Part shown: piece by piece, positions 25,285 to 37,764 of the stretch
Layout: the number at the start of each line of letters is the position of its first letter
Position numbering within the stretch: position 1 is the stretch's first letter
Assembly (NCBI RefSeq): GCF_018977255.1
Contig: NW_024704743.1
Coordinates: 104,100,001-104,164,000, forward strand
Length of the DNA stretch: 64,000 nt
DNA from: Callorhinchus milii
Taxonomy: Eukaryota
Direction of reading: 5' to 3'
Program-made: the position numbers and the translations under genes
Notes under the pieces: model-generated
Told to the model about the DNA's origin: nothing
The model's database searches: none
Seen by the model: the letters and a program-made list of their open reading frames with translations, nothing else

Positions 25285-26587
25285 TCTGCACGAGAGTTCA
25301 TGTTGTGTGATCAGAAAGTTGTGTTTATGAAAACACTGGCTATAATTGATGTATATTACTACTGCTTGTTATTCATATCATTTCTGTTAATGATAGAATG
25401 AGCCAACTGAAAATGTTTTTCTATTACTTATATATAACTGTCAGTTTTAAACAGTAAAACTCCTGTTACTCGTATCTTTTGGGACCATAACATTTAAAAT
25501 GCCTTACTCAAAGTCTGATTTGCAGGCAAATTGTGAAAGTCCTAGAAAATCCAATTTAATCAAAATATCTACACTGCGCGTGCATAATTTAATGTAGCCA
25601 GTATGTGATAACTCGTCCTTGCGATCTTGCACATGACGTGACGGGTTAAGACTACATTTCCCAGATTTCCGTACGTCTTCACCAGTCCCTGCATGTGCAC
25701 TTACAGACGAGCGTTGGAATTGTGTTGAATCACAGGAAATGAAGTTCTTCTGCACGTGCATTGAGGATCAAGACGTAAGTTTCCTGTGATTCATTGCAGC
25801 CGACCAGTAAGCACGCATGCGTCGACAGGCTAGGCGTAATTTCCTGCAATTCAAAACCTCCGGTAAGTGCAGGAATGTAAGGGAGTGAGGTTAGGAATTA
25901 AAAGGTGAGTAGCACAAATCGTGCAAAGACATCTTAAGTGGTTTTGATAGGAAACTGAATGGGACTCGAGTGAATACACACCTTGGGCGTTTATCCGATT
26001 TATAAAGATAAGACTTATGCAAGTTTTACTATACCATCAGTAATGTTAAATGAGGGGAATTTTTTTTAAAAATTCTTATGATTTTAAATATTGTAGCTGA
26101 GTGGTCAGCACTAATTTTAAATGATGTGTTACATCAAGATGTCCCATTCCCCCCCACCAAAAAAAATCTACAATAATCATTCCCCTCCTTTACTGCAACT
26201 CCTATCCGTCTTTTTAAAAAAAAATGTTCAGGAAATTTATTTGAGAGGTGTGGGAGTATGAGAAATCATTAAGTTTTTATCTTTAATGGTTTTGTTACAA
26301 AATCTCTTAAAAATTTCTAAATGTCTTATGTGCGTGGTATACTTGATCTATTTTTAGCCTACATTCCTGTCATTTTGCTATGTGACTGCCTGCTTTTCTT
26401 CTGTCAAACAAGTGTCTTGCACTTGCATATCTTCTCTTGACCCAGTGTTTATGTATTGGCAGTAACTGCCACAACATGAAAACTGTTATTACTGAACACA
26501 ACTGTGATGATCTCACCACATTAATCTATCAAGGTGCCATGTTTTGACAACAATCAAATCAGCTTCTCTAAAACTTGACCCTCTGAG

Positions 26588-26593
26588 AATAAA
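26588..26593 (+). terminator. Candidate polyadenylation signal of the BEND5-like gene
   Basis: AATAAA about 1.3 kb after the stop codon, just before a CR1 insertion. Confidence 0.4.
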
Positions 26594-26724
26594 GAGTTCA
26601 CAAGAAATTGTATCCTGTTTTGAATATGCAATGTATATGCTATGAATGGCACTGAAGAAAATGCTGAAGTTTCAAATATCGTATTTTATGCAAAGAGAAG
26701 AAATGGTATAAAGTGGAAAGTAAT

Positions 26725-28285
26725 GGATACTAAAGGATGCTAAGTAGTATTGAAGGAAATAGGAGAGGAAATTGCAGATGCATTCGTCATAATTTTCCAA
26801 AGCTCACTAGATTCGGGAATTGTGCCCTTAGATTGGAAAATTACGAATGTCACCCCTTTATTTAAGAAGGGAGGGAGAAACCGGGAAACTACAGACCTGT
26901 CAGTTTAATGTCAGTTGTAGGGAAAATACTGGAATCCATCATCAGGGACAAAGTGACCTAACACTTGGACAGGTATGAGTTAGTCAAAGAGAGTCAACAT
27001 GGGTTTGTGAAGGATAGGTTGTGTCTGATTAATCTAGTTGAATTTTTTGAGGAGGTCACTAAAATGATGGATAAGAGTGTCTACAGATGTTGTTTATTTG
27101 GACTTTCAGAAGGTATTTGATGAGGTTCCACACAAAAGATTATTATTGAAAATGGAAGCGCGTGGAGTCGGAAGTAGCCTTGTGACGTGGCTTGGTAATT
27201 GATTGGGAGGCAGGAAATAGAGAATGGAGATAAAGGGAACGTTCTCTGATTGGTAGGACATGACAAGTGGTGACCTCCATGGGTCTGTACTGGGACCCCA
27301 GCTATTCACCTATATTATATATATATATATATATAGACTTGGATTAAGGAATAGAAAGTTTTATATCCAAGTCTGCAGACAACACTAAGCTAGGAGGCTC
27401 AGTAAGTTGTGTAAATGGGAGTAGAAGGTTACAAAGGGACTTAGACAGATGAAGTGAGTGGGCAAAGCTGTGGCAGACAGAGTTCAATGTAGGGAAGCAT
27501 GAGATCATCCATTTTGGACCAAAAAAAGATAAAGCAGAATGTTTTCTCAATGGGGAGAAATTAAGAACTGTGGAGGAACAAAGAGATTTGCGTGTCCACA
27601 AATCATTAAAAACTAGTTCCCAGTTGCAAAAAGTAATCAAAAAGGCGAATGGAATGTTGGCCCTTATCTCAAGGGGTCTGGAATACAAAAGGGGAAGAAA
27701 TGATGCTTCAGCTGTATAGAGCGTTAGTCAGACCCCCATCTGCAGTGCTGCCTTCAGTTTTGGGCACCACACCTCAGGAAAGATATATTGGCCTGAAGGG
27801 GATGCAGCTGTTCACCAGAATTTTACCAGGCCTAAAAGAGTTAAGTCACAAGGAAAGGCTGCGTAAGCTTGGATTGTATTCCCTTGAGTTTAGAAGGTTG
27901 AGGGGTGATTTGTTGGAGGTATTTAAGATGATAAAGGGATTTGATAGGGTAGATACAGAAAAGCTATTTCCTCTGGTGGGGGAATCCAAAACAAGGGGAC
28001 ATAGTCTTAAAATTAGAACCAGGCCATTTAAGCTTGAAATCAGGAAGCATTTTTTCACTCAAAGGGTGGTACAAATCTGGAATTCTCTCCCCAAAAGGCC
28101 GTTGATGCTGGATCCACCACAGCTTCAAGAGTGAGGTTGATAGATATTTGGTAGGTCAGGGTATTAAGGGATATGGGGAGAAAGCGGAAAATTGGAATTG
28201 AAAGGATTAGTTGAGGTACAGATCAGCCACAATCTAATTAAATAACGGAACAGGCTCGAAGGGCTGAACAGCCTCCTGTTCATAT
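26725..28285 (+). mobile_element. CR1 LINE, 5'-truncated, decayed reverse transcriptase
   Basis: Motifs NYRPVSL, SQHGF, GSVLGPQLF, ADNTKL and LGLYSLEFRRLRGDL with stops and frameshifts; CR1-type 3' end caggctcgaagggctgaac. Confidence 0.92.
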
Positions 28286-30849
28286 GGTACCCCTGAATAG
28301 CTTAGTGATGAAAATGTACAGCATGTCAATTAGCATCTGAGGAAAATGTGAGGTAAAGATTTCAGTATGATTCTACATCAAAATTCATTGTGATCGAGCA
28401 GCTCCTTTATAACACTAACATGACAAGTGAGATGAAACCAAGAAAGGAAAAGAAATAGGAAAAAGTTGAAAAAGTAAAATGACTAACTGCATACACAGAG
28501 GTTGCTGGTAGATTAAACCAGATTTAAAATTCTCAAAAGCAACTTAAAGAATGAAAGATTGGGATTATAAAAGCAAAAGACAAACTACAAATGAATAAAA
28601 GCAAGTGAAGTGCAATAGTCTCAAACGATCAAATTACTTATTTTTTATTTAAGTGATCATTAATTCAACAGATTTTTATTTTTACTATGAAACACCAGAT
28701 TCTAAAGTCAGACACTAATTTTTTTTTAGTCAGCTGATACATACAAAACCACCATGCTTAAGAGTATCCAAACCAAGAATTCCATGTATCCCACCTACAC
28801 ATAGAGATCCCAGAGATAGATTGTTGGAGTAAAATGCACACTCTCCCTGGAGGGACGCATCCTGCTTGCCTAATTCCGGAAAGTATTAGGCACAGGTTGA
28901 CAAAAGCCAAGGCTTGGGGACACGGGAGTGTACGTTAGGGTACTGCTGGACTCTAAATCAGCTAAAACTGCATAGCTTGCAATTGATATTGCTGTTTGGC
29001 AAGCTAGGACCGCCCTACCCATTAGGGCTTTGGTTGGCAGGAATAACAAGCTGAGTTTGATGAATCTCTGCCTCCAGTGACTCATCTGCCCTTCTAGGAC
29101 CTACTGTAGGGCCATGGCTATGATGTCATTGGCAGTACCCTGGAATACTGTGTACCCATGTAGCTCAGTAACTGGATCACTGAGACCGCTACAGGGCTTT
29201 TGTAAGTATCTAATGAAATCAGAACTTTTTTTTCTGAGTCCTGTTGTGATTGTGTTCACAGGTTTCTGCTGCATGCTACAGTTTTTTTTTGGAATCCAAA
29301 GCAGACATTCTTGTTTATCTAGCTTAAATTATAAAGTTAATTATTTTTAAAGTTAAAAATTGTAAACTCAATCCACTTTACAGTATATTCTGTGAAGCGT
29401 TTTGAGATGTCGCAATAAGGCTCTGTATCAAATGTAAGGATTATTATTAGCTTCTATTGTGAGATGATCACTCTTATCTAGTAGCCTGTCCACACCTGAA
29501 CTCTCAGGCCCGCTGCTTTCCCTCACCACCATAACGTTGCCCACCTACCCCAATATCTCACTCCACGAGCATCCTCATTCATGTTTTCATCAGATGCAGG
29601 CTTGACTGTGCCAATACCCTGCTCACCGGATTCCTCAGCTCTCCCACACAAGTTTCAGACTATCCAGAACTCTAGTTGCCTTGCCCAATTCTGCTTCTGT
29701 GACCTCTATCATCCCTATCTACCAGACTGCTCCCTTAGCTCAGTGAACACCGCCTGCTTTATGCCCCCTCTGCTATCTGCTATTAACGGCTGAGCTTTCA
29801 GCCATCTGCTTCCATTCTTGGGAACTTCATCCCAGAGTCCCTCCGATTGCTCCCTCCCAATGTTCAAAGCCCTTTTTTACCGCACTTTCAGTCATCTTTC
29901 CTGTGATCCTACTGACAAAGCCGCTCCTTTCACTCAGAGATCACTGGCCTGCTTCATGTCTCCCACCATATCTACCACACCATTGGCGGCCGAGCTTTCA
30001 GCCATTCTGACCCCGATCAATATTCTGAAAGTGTTCTGGAACTCCTTCCCGGATTCTCTTGGACCGATACCTCTATCATAGTTTCTTGAGAATAAAGTAC
30101 ACCACACTCAATGCATTCCAAATTGTTTAACACAGTCTCACTTCAAATACACTTTCTCCAATTTGTCTTCCAGCACCTTCCCTGACCTCAGTGTTCATGG
30201 TTTATACTCTGATTCTGTTCAGTCTCATCAGGTGATCAACACTGATATTAATTTCTTTCCTCGAAATGTTACCCTGATCCTGGTGCTTTTGGTTGCACCT
30301 GGCATGTTTTGATGTGCTAATAAAGCCAAGTGTACATCTCAGTCCACTTTTCTTGCCATCTTCATCATTTTCTCCACAATTTATACATTTGTCTCTGCAG
30401 ACCCATTGCTCTGTGGATATCGTGTCAATGTTATGTGCTTGATGTCCCATTGTTATGCAAAATTCCCAAACTTCTGGGATGTGAATTACAGTCACTTGTC
30501 AGTAGGGCACAGCTTGCAACAACAAATGACATTTGTATAACGCCTTTCATGTCAGTAGGATGTCCTAAAGCGCTGGAACTTTTTGTCTTTTCCACCACAG
30601 CTTGTGCAGTCATTCCCATTCAATATACTTCTTTTTTATTTTGCCATATAAACAAAAAGTATTTTACAATGGAGTAAATCCGTTTCTACATTCCTCCTTA
30701 TAGTTCTAACTGAACCAACCCTGACAGCCGCTCATCTCAACCCCACACGTCGATTCCCTTTACAGTATATTCTGTGAAGTGCTTTGAGAATTTTCGAAGA
30801 CGTAATAAGGCACTATATCAAATGCAAGGATTATTATCTCAGAAGCTAT

Positions 30850-33380
30850 GCTAAACCATAGGCTGGTAAACATTTGACTCTGCAACTACACTCAACTAGC
30901 CCTGGGAGATACTGACATGGCAATTACATTGAACCAGCGCCGTCACACACCAATTGTGCAGCCAAACTAAATGAGTCCTAGCACATTGAAACAGTATTAA
31001 CACTAAATCAGCCCTGGCACACAGTTATCTCAGTAGCTACACTAAACCAGCCCTGGCAGACACTGACTCAACAATTACAATGAACAACCCCTGGCAGACA
31101 ATGTTTTGTGCATGCACAGTGAAAAAGCCCAGGTACACACTGACTCTTGGTGAATGCACTGAACCAGTCCTGGCAAATACTGATTATTGCAGCTACCTGT
31201 CAGACACTGACTCGGCAAAAGCACTTAACCAGCTCTGGCAGAATCTAACTTGTCATTTTTACTGAACTAGCACTGACAGACATCAACCCTCTAGGGTTAC
31301 ATTGAACTAGTCCTGGCAGACACTGACTGGAACTGCACTGAATCAGCCATGGCAGACACCAACTCTCTGGAGCTACACTGAACATGTCCTGGCAGCTACA
31401 TTAAATCAGCCACAGGAGGCGCTGACACTCGGCATCTGCACTGAAACAAGAGATGTTGACAATCTTTTATCCCGTCTTTCCTTTTAAATCTTAACATGAA
31501 CTTTCTGAAGGGTTATAGCTCTATGTGCCCCCACACCCCCACTATCCACTGCACCATTAGTAGCCCCCACTCTCCGTAACTCCATCCCCATCTTTCCTAC
31601 AACTGAACCGCCCAGTGTGCTTCCATCCTTCAGCAATCACTGTCCTGCCTCATGTCCACCCTATCCAACTCACCATTGGCAGTTGAGCTTGCTGACACTC
31701 CGTCCGTGCTCTTTGGAACTGTGCATTTCCATCCCAGAGTCCCTCTGAAATTCAAACTCTCCCTCTGTACCTCACTGACTGTGGAACTTCAACCCGTTGT
31801 CACTCCATTTGTAGAACTCTGTTTAGATATCCCTTTGCATTGGAACTCCATTCCGGTTTTCCGGTTTTCCTCCGACCTGGTGTCCCTCCAATTGAGCAGC
31901 TCCATCCTGGAGTCCCTTCCCACTCGCAACTTCATCCTGGAATCCCTTCTAACTTTGCCACTCCATTACGTAGTCCCATTTTCCCATGAAACTCCACCTG
32001 GAGTCCTTTCCCACAGCGTAACTCCATCCTGGAGTCCCTTCTACCTATTGAACTCCTTCCCGGAGTCCTGTCTGACTATGCAACTCCAACCCTGGAGACT
32101 CTTCCCACTGCACAACTCTATCCCAGAATCTCTTCCCACTGGCCAACTCCATTCCAGAGACCCTTCTGCTTGTGCAATTCCATCTCAGTGACTCATAAAC
32201 TGTGGAACTTCATCCTGATGTCTCTCCAACTGTGAAACTCCGTTCAGGTGTCCCTTTGCCTCTGGAACTCCATTCCGGTTTTCCTCCAACTGTAACTCCA
32301 TCAAGGTGTGCCTCCAACCTTGCACCTCCATCTCAAAGTTCCTCCGACTGAACCGTTCCATCCTGGAATCCTTTCCCAGTGCACAACTCCAACCCGGAGT
32401 CCCTTCGGTCTGTCGAACTCCATCCCGGACCTCCTTCCCATTGCACAACTAGATCCCGGAGCGCCTTCTGACTGCAACTCCACTCCGGGCACAAACTAAT
32501 CGCAGCAGTTACACTGAACCAGGCCTGTAGGACACTAACTGCAACTGTACTGACTTGTCTTGGCAAATTCTGACTCTCGGCAGCTACACTGAACCAGCCC
32601 TAATACACACTGAGCAATTGCACTCAACAAACCCTGGCAGACAATGATTGTGGAAGCGCATTGAAAAAACCCAGAGAACACCGAATCTGAACCGTTACAC
32701 TTAACCTGCCCTAGCAGACACGGACAGTCAGCAAATAAACTGAGCCACTCCTGATAGACTCTTAACTGTGCAGCCAAACTGAACTAGCTATGGCAGACAC
32801 TGACTCTCAACAGCTACATTAAACTAGCTTTGACGGACATTGATTCAGCTCTGACAGGCAGTAACTCGGAAACTGTTCTAAACTAGTCCTGGCAGACATT
32901 GACACTCGACAGCTGCATCGAACAATCCCTGGTAGACACTGACTCTTGACAGCTATATTAGTCCTTCCCTACCTGACTCTCAATTCATGACAACTGAACT
33001 TGGCCTGGCTCAGCAACTGCACTGCATCAGAGCTGTCAGATACGGAGCGTGTAGATATATTGAACCAGTACTGGCTGACACTGACTTTTGGCTGCAGCAC
33101 TGGACCAGCCCTGGCAGACACTGACTTTTGGCAGCTAAATTAAACCAGCCTCAGGAGGCGCTGACTCTCACTGACTGAAACGACCCTGAAACGAGACCTT
33201 TTATCCCATCTTTTCTTTTAAATCTTAACATGAACTTTCTGCAGGGTTACAGCTTTTTGTGCCCCCACCCGCCCCTCATCCAACCCACATTAGTAGCTCC
33301 CACTCTCAGTAACTCCATCTAGGAGGCCCTTCCCATTGCGCAAGTCCATTCAGGAGACCCTTCCCACAAGTGTGCTGACA
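30850..33380. repeat. Composite degenerate satellite: ~40-bp and ~30-bp arrays with a duplicated spacer
   Basis: Unit A ctacactgaaccagccctggcagacactgactc; unit B aactccatcctggagtcccttccca; block 31410-31590 is repeated at 33150-33320. Confidence 0.85.
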
Positions 33381-34557
33381 TATCAACCGAGTCCGTAGCT
33401 TTAACTTGCAAGGATAACAGATTCTTTTTTGAAACAAAGAGCTGAATATTACTTTCGACAATAACACCTTCAACTCTGCAGTTGTTCTTCCTCAGTGAAA
33501 CAACTGAACAAGTAATTGCAACTGCGGGAGCTCTTCTCTTCTGGGGCTTTATCATCTCTACAACATGTGAATTTTTTGGGGGGTCAGCTGGGTGTCTGAC
33601 TCATGTGGTAACCCATCACCATGCTTAAGAGTATCTAAACCAGGTTTAGATCCCAACCCCTAGCTCGGGTCCGAAACTCTGTCTGTCCAGCACCTTGGGA
33701 CGTCCTCCCGATGTGAAAGGCGCTATATAAATGTGATTTTGTTTTGTTGTTGTTGATGAAGTATGTACACTCTGTGCAATAGGTTTACATGGTTTACATT
33801 ACTAATTTTTGTTCTGAATGCATTATATATATTTAATCATACAAGATGATTAATCCTATTCCTTAAGATCTAATGGCTTCCTTCTGTGCTTTAAACATTT
33901 TATGATTTTAGAAATGTAAAGTGGTATTTGGGGGGTGGATAATTTCTAAAGAAAATTACTTTTGCAGATGAGCACAACTCACTGGCCCAGATTCCAGTTA
34001 TAATAAATATGTGGTTTTTTTTGGGAGGGGGAATGGTGGTAGTTGGTTTATTTTCTGGCTTGGTATTAGAATTAAACATTTTTTTCAAGCTTTATTTAGC
34101 TTAGAAATTTTGTAAGAAACTGGAGAAGCACAATAACTTTTTGCTGCTTGGTTGTGATAAAGGTGTATTTGGTTGTCCTTTACTTTTAAATGCATTCCTC
34201 ATACATTTAAAAGTAGCTTTAATTAAATGAAGTCCATTAATAATACACTTTCTACTTGAAAATATGTACAGTTTAATAACTTCAAACATTTCATACAATG
34301 TGTATAACACATTGGCTATGTGACCTGGGCCACTAGAAAATTGCGGAAACCTTTGCCAAACATTGTGGGGAAATTTGACAAATTTTCCGGAAAATTGCGG
34401 GGAGTTGATTGGTGTCATTGAGGAGCACATTTTACTGCTGACCTGCATTTTTTTCACCATTGATTAAAACTAAATATAAAAAAATAATACTTTCTGCAAT
34501 TAGGTTAGCAGGTGCATCCCTCCAGGGAGAAAGTGTGCATTCCACACCCCTGTAGTT

Positions 34558-34870
34558 GGAGTCCTGTAGCTCAGTGGTTAGAGCACTCGCTTTGCAAGTG
34601 AGAGACCTGAGTTCAATTCCAGGCAGGGCGAAACCTTGGGCAAGTTTCCTTACTCCACACGCCTAATAATAATCCCTCCAAAACCCAAAACAATAATAAA
34701 ATTGGTCATTTTCAATCTACGACTGTTTGTGGGACATTGCTGTGCGCAATTGGCTGCCGCGTTCGCCCACAAATATACAGTCAATTCACTTTACAGTGTG
34801 TTCTGTGAAGCGCTTTGGGACATCCTCCTGATGTGAAAAGCGCTATATCAAATGCAAGGTTTATTATTAT
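34558..34870 (+). mobile_element. tRNA-derived Deu SINE, young subfamily, nested in an older repeat
   Basis: Full element; both flanks match the 8000-8350 repeat family. Confidence 0.9.
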
Positions 34871-35695
34871 TCCGTTCCAATAAATAGCTCTTGAATTTCC
34901 ATGTATAGATGGGATGCATGGAATTCTCAGTTTGGGTTGAATAATCATAAGCACGGTGCTGGGTTTCTGTGTGTGTTTGCTGACCCGACTGACCCCCCAA
35001 AAATCAAGTGATAAACACCTGATTTCAACTAAATATTGACAGTTGAATTCATTCAAACTCATAGAGAGGGGAGCCACTGAAGATCTCATAAAGGGATCTC
35101 ATGCCATCACTTCATGGGAAAACTTTAGGCAAGTTTCCATATTCCACATGCTTCTGTTTACCAAGCAGTAAGTAGGAACCCGGTTGTTAGTCGATTGCCG
35201 GATCACTTTCTGGGGGTAATAATCCCTTCAAAAAATGAACAAGTAATAATTTGGTCACTCAATTCACAACTGTTTGTGGGACACCGCTGTGCACAATTGG
35301 CTGCCCCGTTTTGCCTACAAAAAACCCAATCACAACACTTTGCAGTATGTTCTGTCAAGCGCTTTGAGATGTCTAGAAGACATGATAAGGCACTATATCA
35401 AATGCAAGTATTATTATTATTATCTTCAAATCGCAGGGATAGGCCTTAAACAGGTTCTCCAAGAAGACTGTGAAGGTAAGAGTGGCTCAACACTGAGAAC
35501 GTGGGGTGGGGCTTTAGTCTCAATTTCTCCCGCACTGTCCCATACCTCCTAAAAATACTTTCTTGTTCTGAGTTTCACGTACGCCTCGTGGTACGTCGCC
35601 CATGCACAAGAGATGCCCACGTAACACAAGGAGGGCTGCTGCTGCTGTTGGTATGAAGGAGGAGTGGGTTTATAGATTCGATTAACATGTCTTTG

Positions 35696-35729
35696 TGCAG
35701 TTACAGGTGTGCTCCACCGGAGGGCAGCA
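35696..35729 (+). promoter_or_regulatory. CTCF-like site, copy 1
   Basis: TGCAG-N13-CCACCGGAGGGCAGCA; fits the CTCF core CCASYAGRKGGCRSY with one mismatch, plus the upstream module. Confidence 0.6.
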
Positions 35730-35940
35730 AATGTTCATTCTGCAGTTGGACAATTGCAATTCACATTTACCCACAGTCAGTCACGTCTTTCATAGTGGGA
35801 GGGCTGCCCAAAGCCCATTCACAATGGGGGTGGGGAGGGGAAAGCGTTTCATCCACAAAATATGCAGTCAATTCACGTTACAGTATATTCTCTGAAGCAC
35901 TTTGAGACGTCTCAACAACGTGATAAGGTGCTATATTAAA

Positions 35941-36375
35941 TAATATAATAATAATCCTTGCATTTGATATAGCGCCTTATCACAACAACAACAACAACAC
36001 GATTCCATTTATAAAGCGCCTTTCGCGTCAGGAGGACGTCCCAAGGCGCTGAGGGACGTCTCAAAGCGCTTCACAGAATATAATATAAAGTAACTGGACT
36101 GTATATTTTGTGGTCGAAACACAGCAGCCAATTGCGCACAGCAGTGTCCCACAAACAGTCTTGGATTGAGTGACCAATTTATTATTATTTTTTAAGGAAT
36201 TATTACCCCTGGAAAAGAGATCCTCCAACCGACTAACAATGGGTTCCTACTGACTGTGAGGTAAACGGAGGTGTATGGAGTAAGGAATCTCGCCCAACAT
36301 TTTGCCTTGCCGGGAATTGAACCCAGGTCTCTTGCTTGCGAGGCGAGTGCTCTAACCACTGAACTACAGGACTCC
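35941..36375 (-). mobile_element. tRNA-derived SINE, older subfamily, with an L2 3' end inserted in its tail
   Basis: Reverse-complement head ends at 36375; an L2 tail with (CAA)n lies at about 35985-36050. Confidence 0.85.
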
Positions 36376-36515
36376 ACTCCACATGCAAGGATTACTATTA
36401 TTTTTATATGACCGAAAGCACAGTCAAAGATTTACGTTTTGAGACGTGGCTTGAAAGAGGGGAGAGAGAGATCTGCAGAAGGACTGGGTTTACAGATTTG
36501 ATTATCATGTCTCTC

Positions 36516-36549
36516 AGCAGTGATAGGTTCTTGCCACCGGAGGGCAGCA
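36516..36549 (+). promoter_or_regulatory. CTCF-like site, copy 2
   Basis: AGCAG-N13-CCACCGGAGGGCAGCA; core identical to copy 1. Confidence 0.6.
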
Positions 36550-37764
36550 AATATTCATTCTGCTGTTAGACCATTACAATTAACGTTCACTCAGCGCCTT
36601 TCACAGCGGGAGAGCTTCCCAAAGCCCATTCACAGTGCAGAATGATCACTGGAGCTAGGAGTGGGATCCGTGTGGGGGTGCGGAGGGGAAAGATCACCGA
36701 AAGCATGGGCAAAGATTTTGAGACGTGGCTTGAAAGAGGGGAGGGAGGGAACGACTCAGACTGAGTTCCGGACAGAGGGGGAAGAAAGCCGAAAGCCCGT
36801 TCGCTAAAGGGGGTGCGGACAGGATGGAGGACCTGAAGCAGGTTGGTGCTCACTGAGTGAGGGAAGCAGTCGAGTCATTAACATTTGAAACTGCATTGAG
36901 GGGATTAGATACACAATATTCCTTCCATTCAACACCATGGCTCATCATGTAGTTGACACGTCAAATTATTTCACAGGATTTTACTGTAGACTATAGTGAC
37001 TGCTTATTATATTGACAAATGCAGCAGCCAACTTGCACACAGCAATGACCTACAAACGGCCTTGAAGCAAATGATCAATCTTATTTGCAGGATTGTAGAA
37101 CAAGAGATCGGGAGAAACTCCCTTCTCTTTTCAAATTGTGGCATACGATCTTTAACATCCACTTGAACAAACAAGGCAGGGTCTTAGTGTAACATTTCAT
37201 CTAAAGGGCGACATCTCCAACAATGCTGCATACCCTCAACGTTGTATTGGAGAGTCAACATCAAACAGGGAGAATGGGGGGATAAGGAGAGCAACATGCA
37301 GAAAATTAAACAATTGGCAGATAATTGGCAGAGGAGAGGAGAGAAGAGATGAACATAATTTAAATACAAAGGGAAGAGATGTGAGTAAAAATGAAAGCAA
37401 GGTATTAATGAAAGATAACAAGAAGACAGGGAAAGGCCTGTCCTGCAACACACATGGGATGGAGAACAAAATGGTAGAACTGGAGACAATGAACAAAAGT
37501 GAGGGAATGGATGTAATTGTTTTAACAGAAACATGGTTACAACCTGGACATGGTTGGCAATTAAATACTGCAGGATACAACTTGGTTTGCCTAGCAGTAA
37601 GTCGGAACCCAGTTGTTAGTTGATTGACAGATCGCTTTTCCGGGACTTAATAACCCCTTTAAAAAGATAATAATTTGGTCACTTTATCCACCGCTGTTTG
37701 TGGGACACTGCTGTGTACAAGTGGCTGACGGATTTCATCCACAAAGTATACAGTCAATAACCAT

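Noticed and set aside
31652..32566. 179-aa and overlapping ORFs in the ~30-bp array
   Set aside because: Products of a degenerate tandem repeat, with no splice or homology support.
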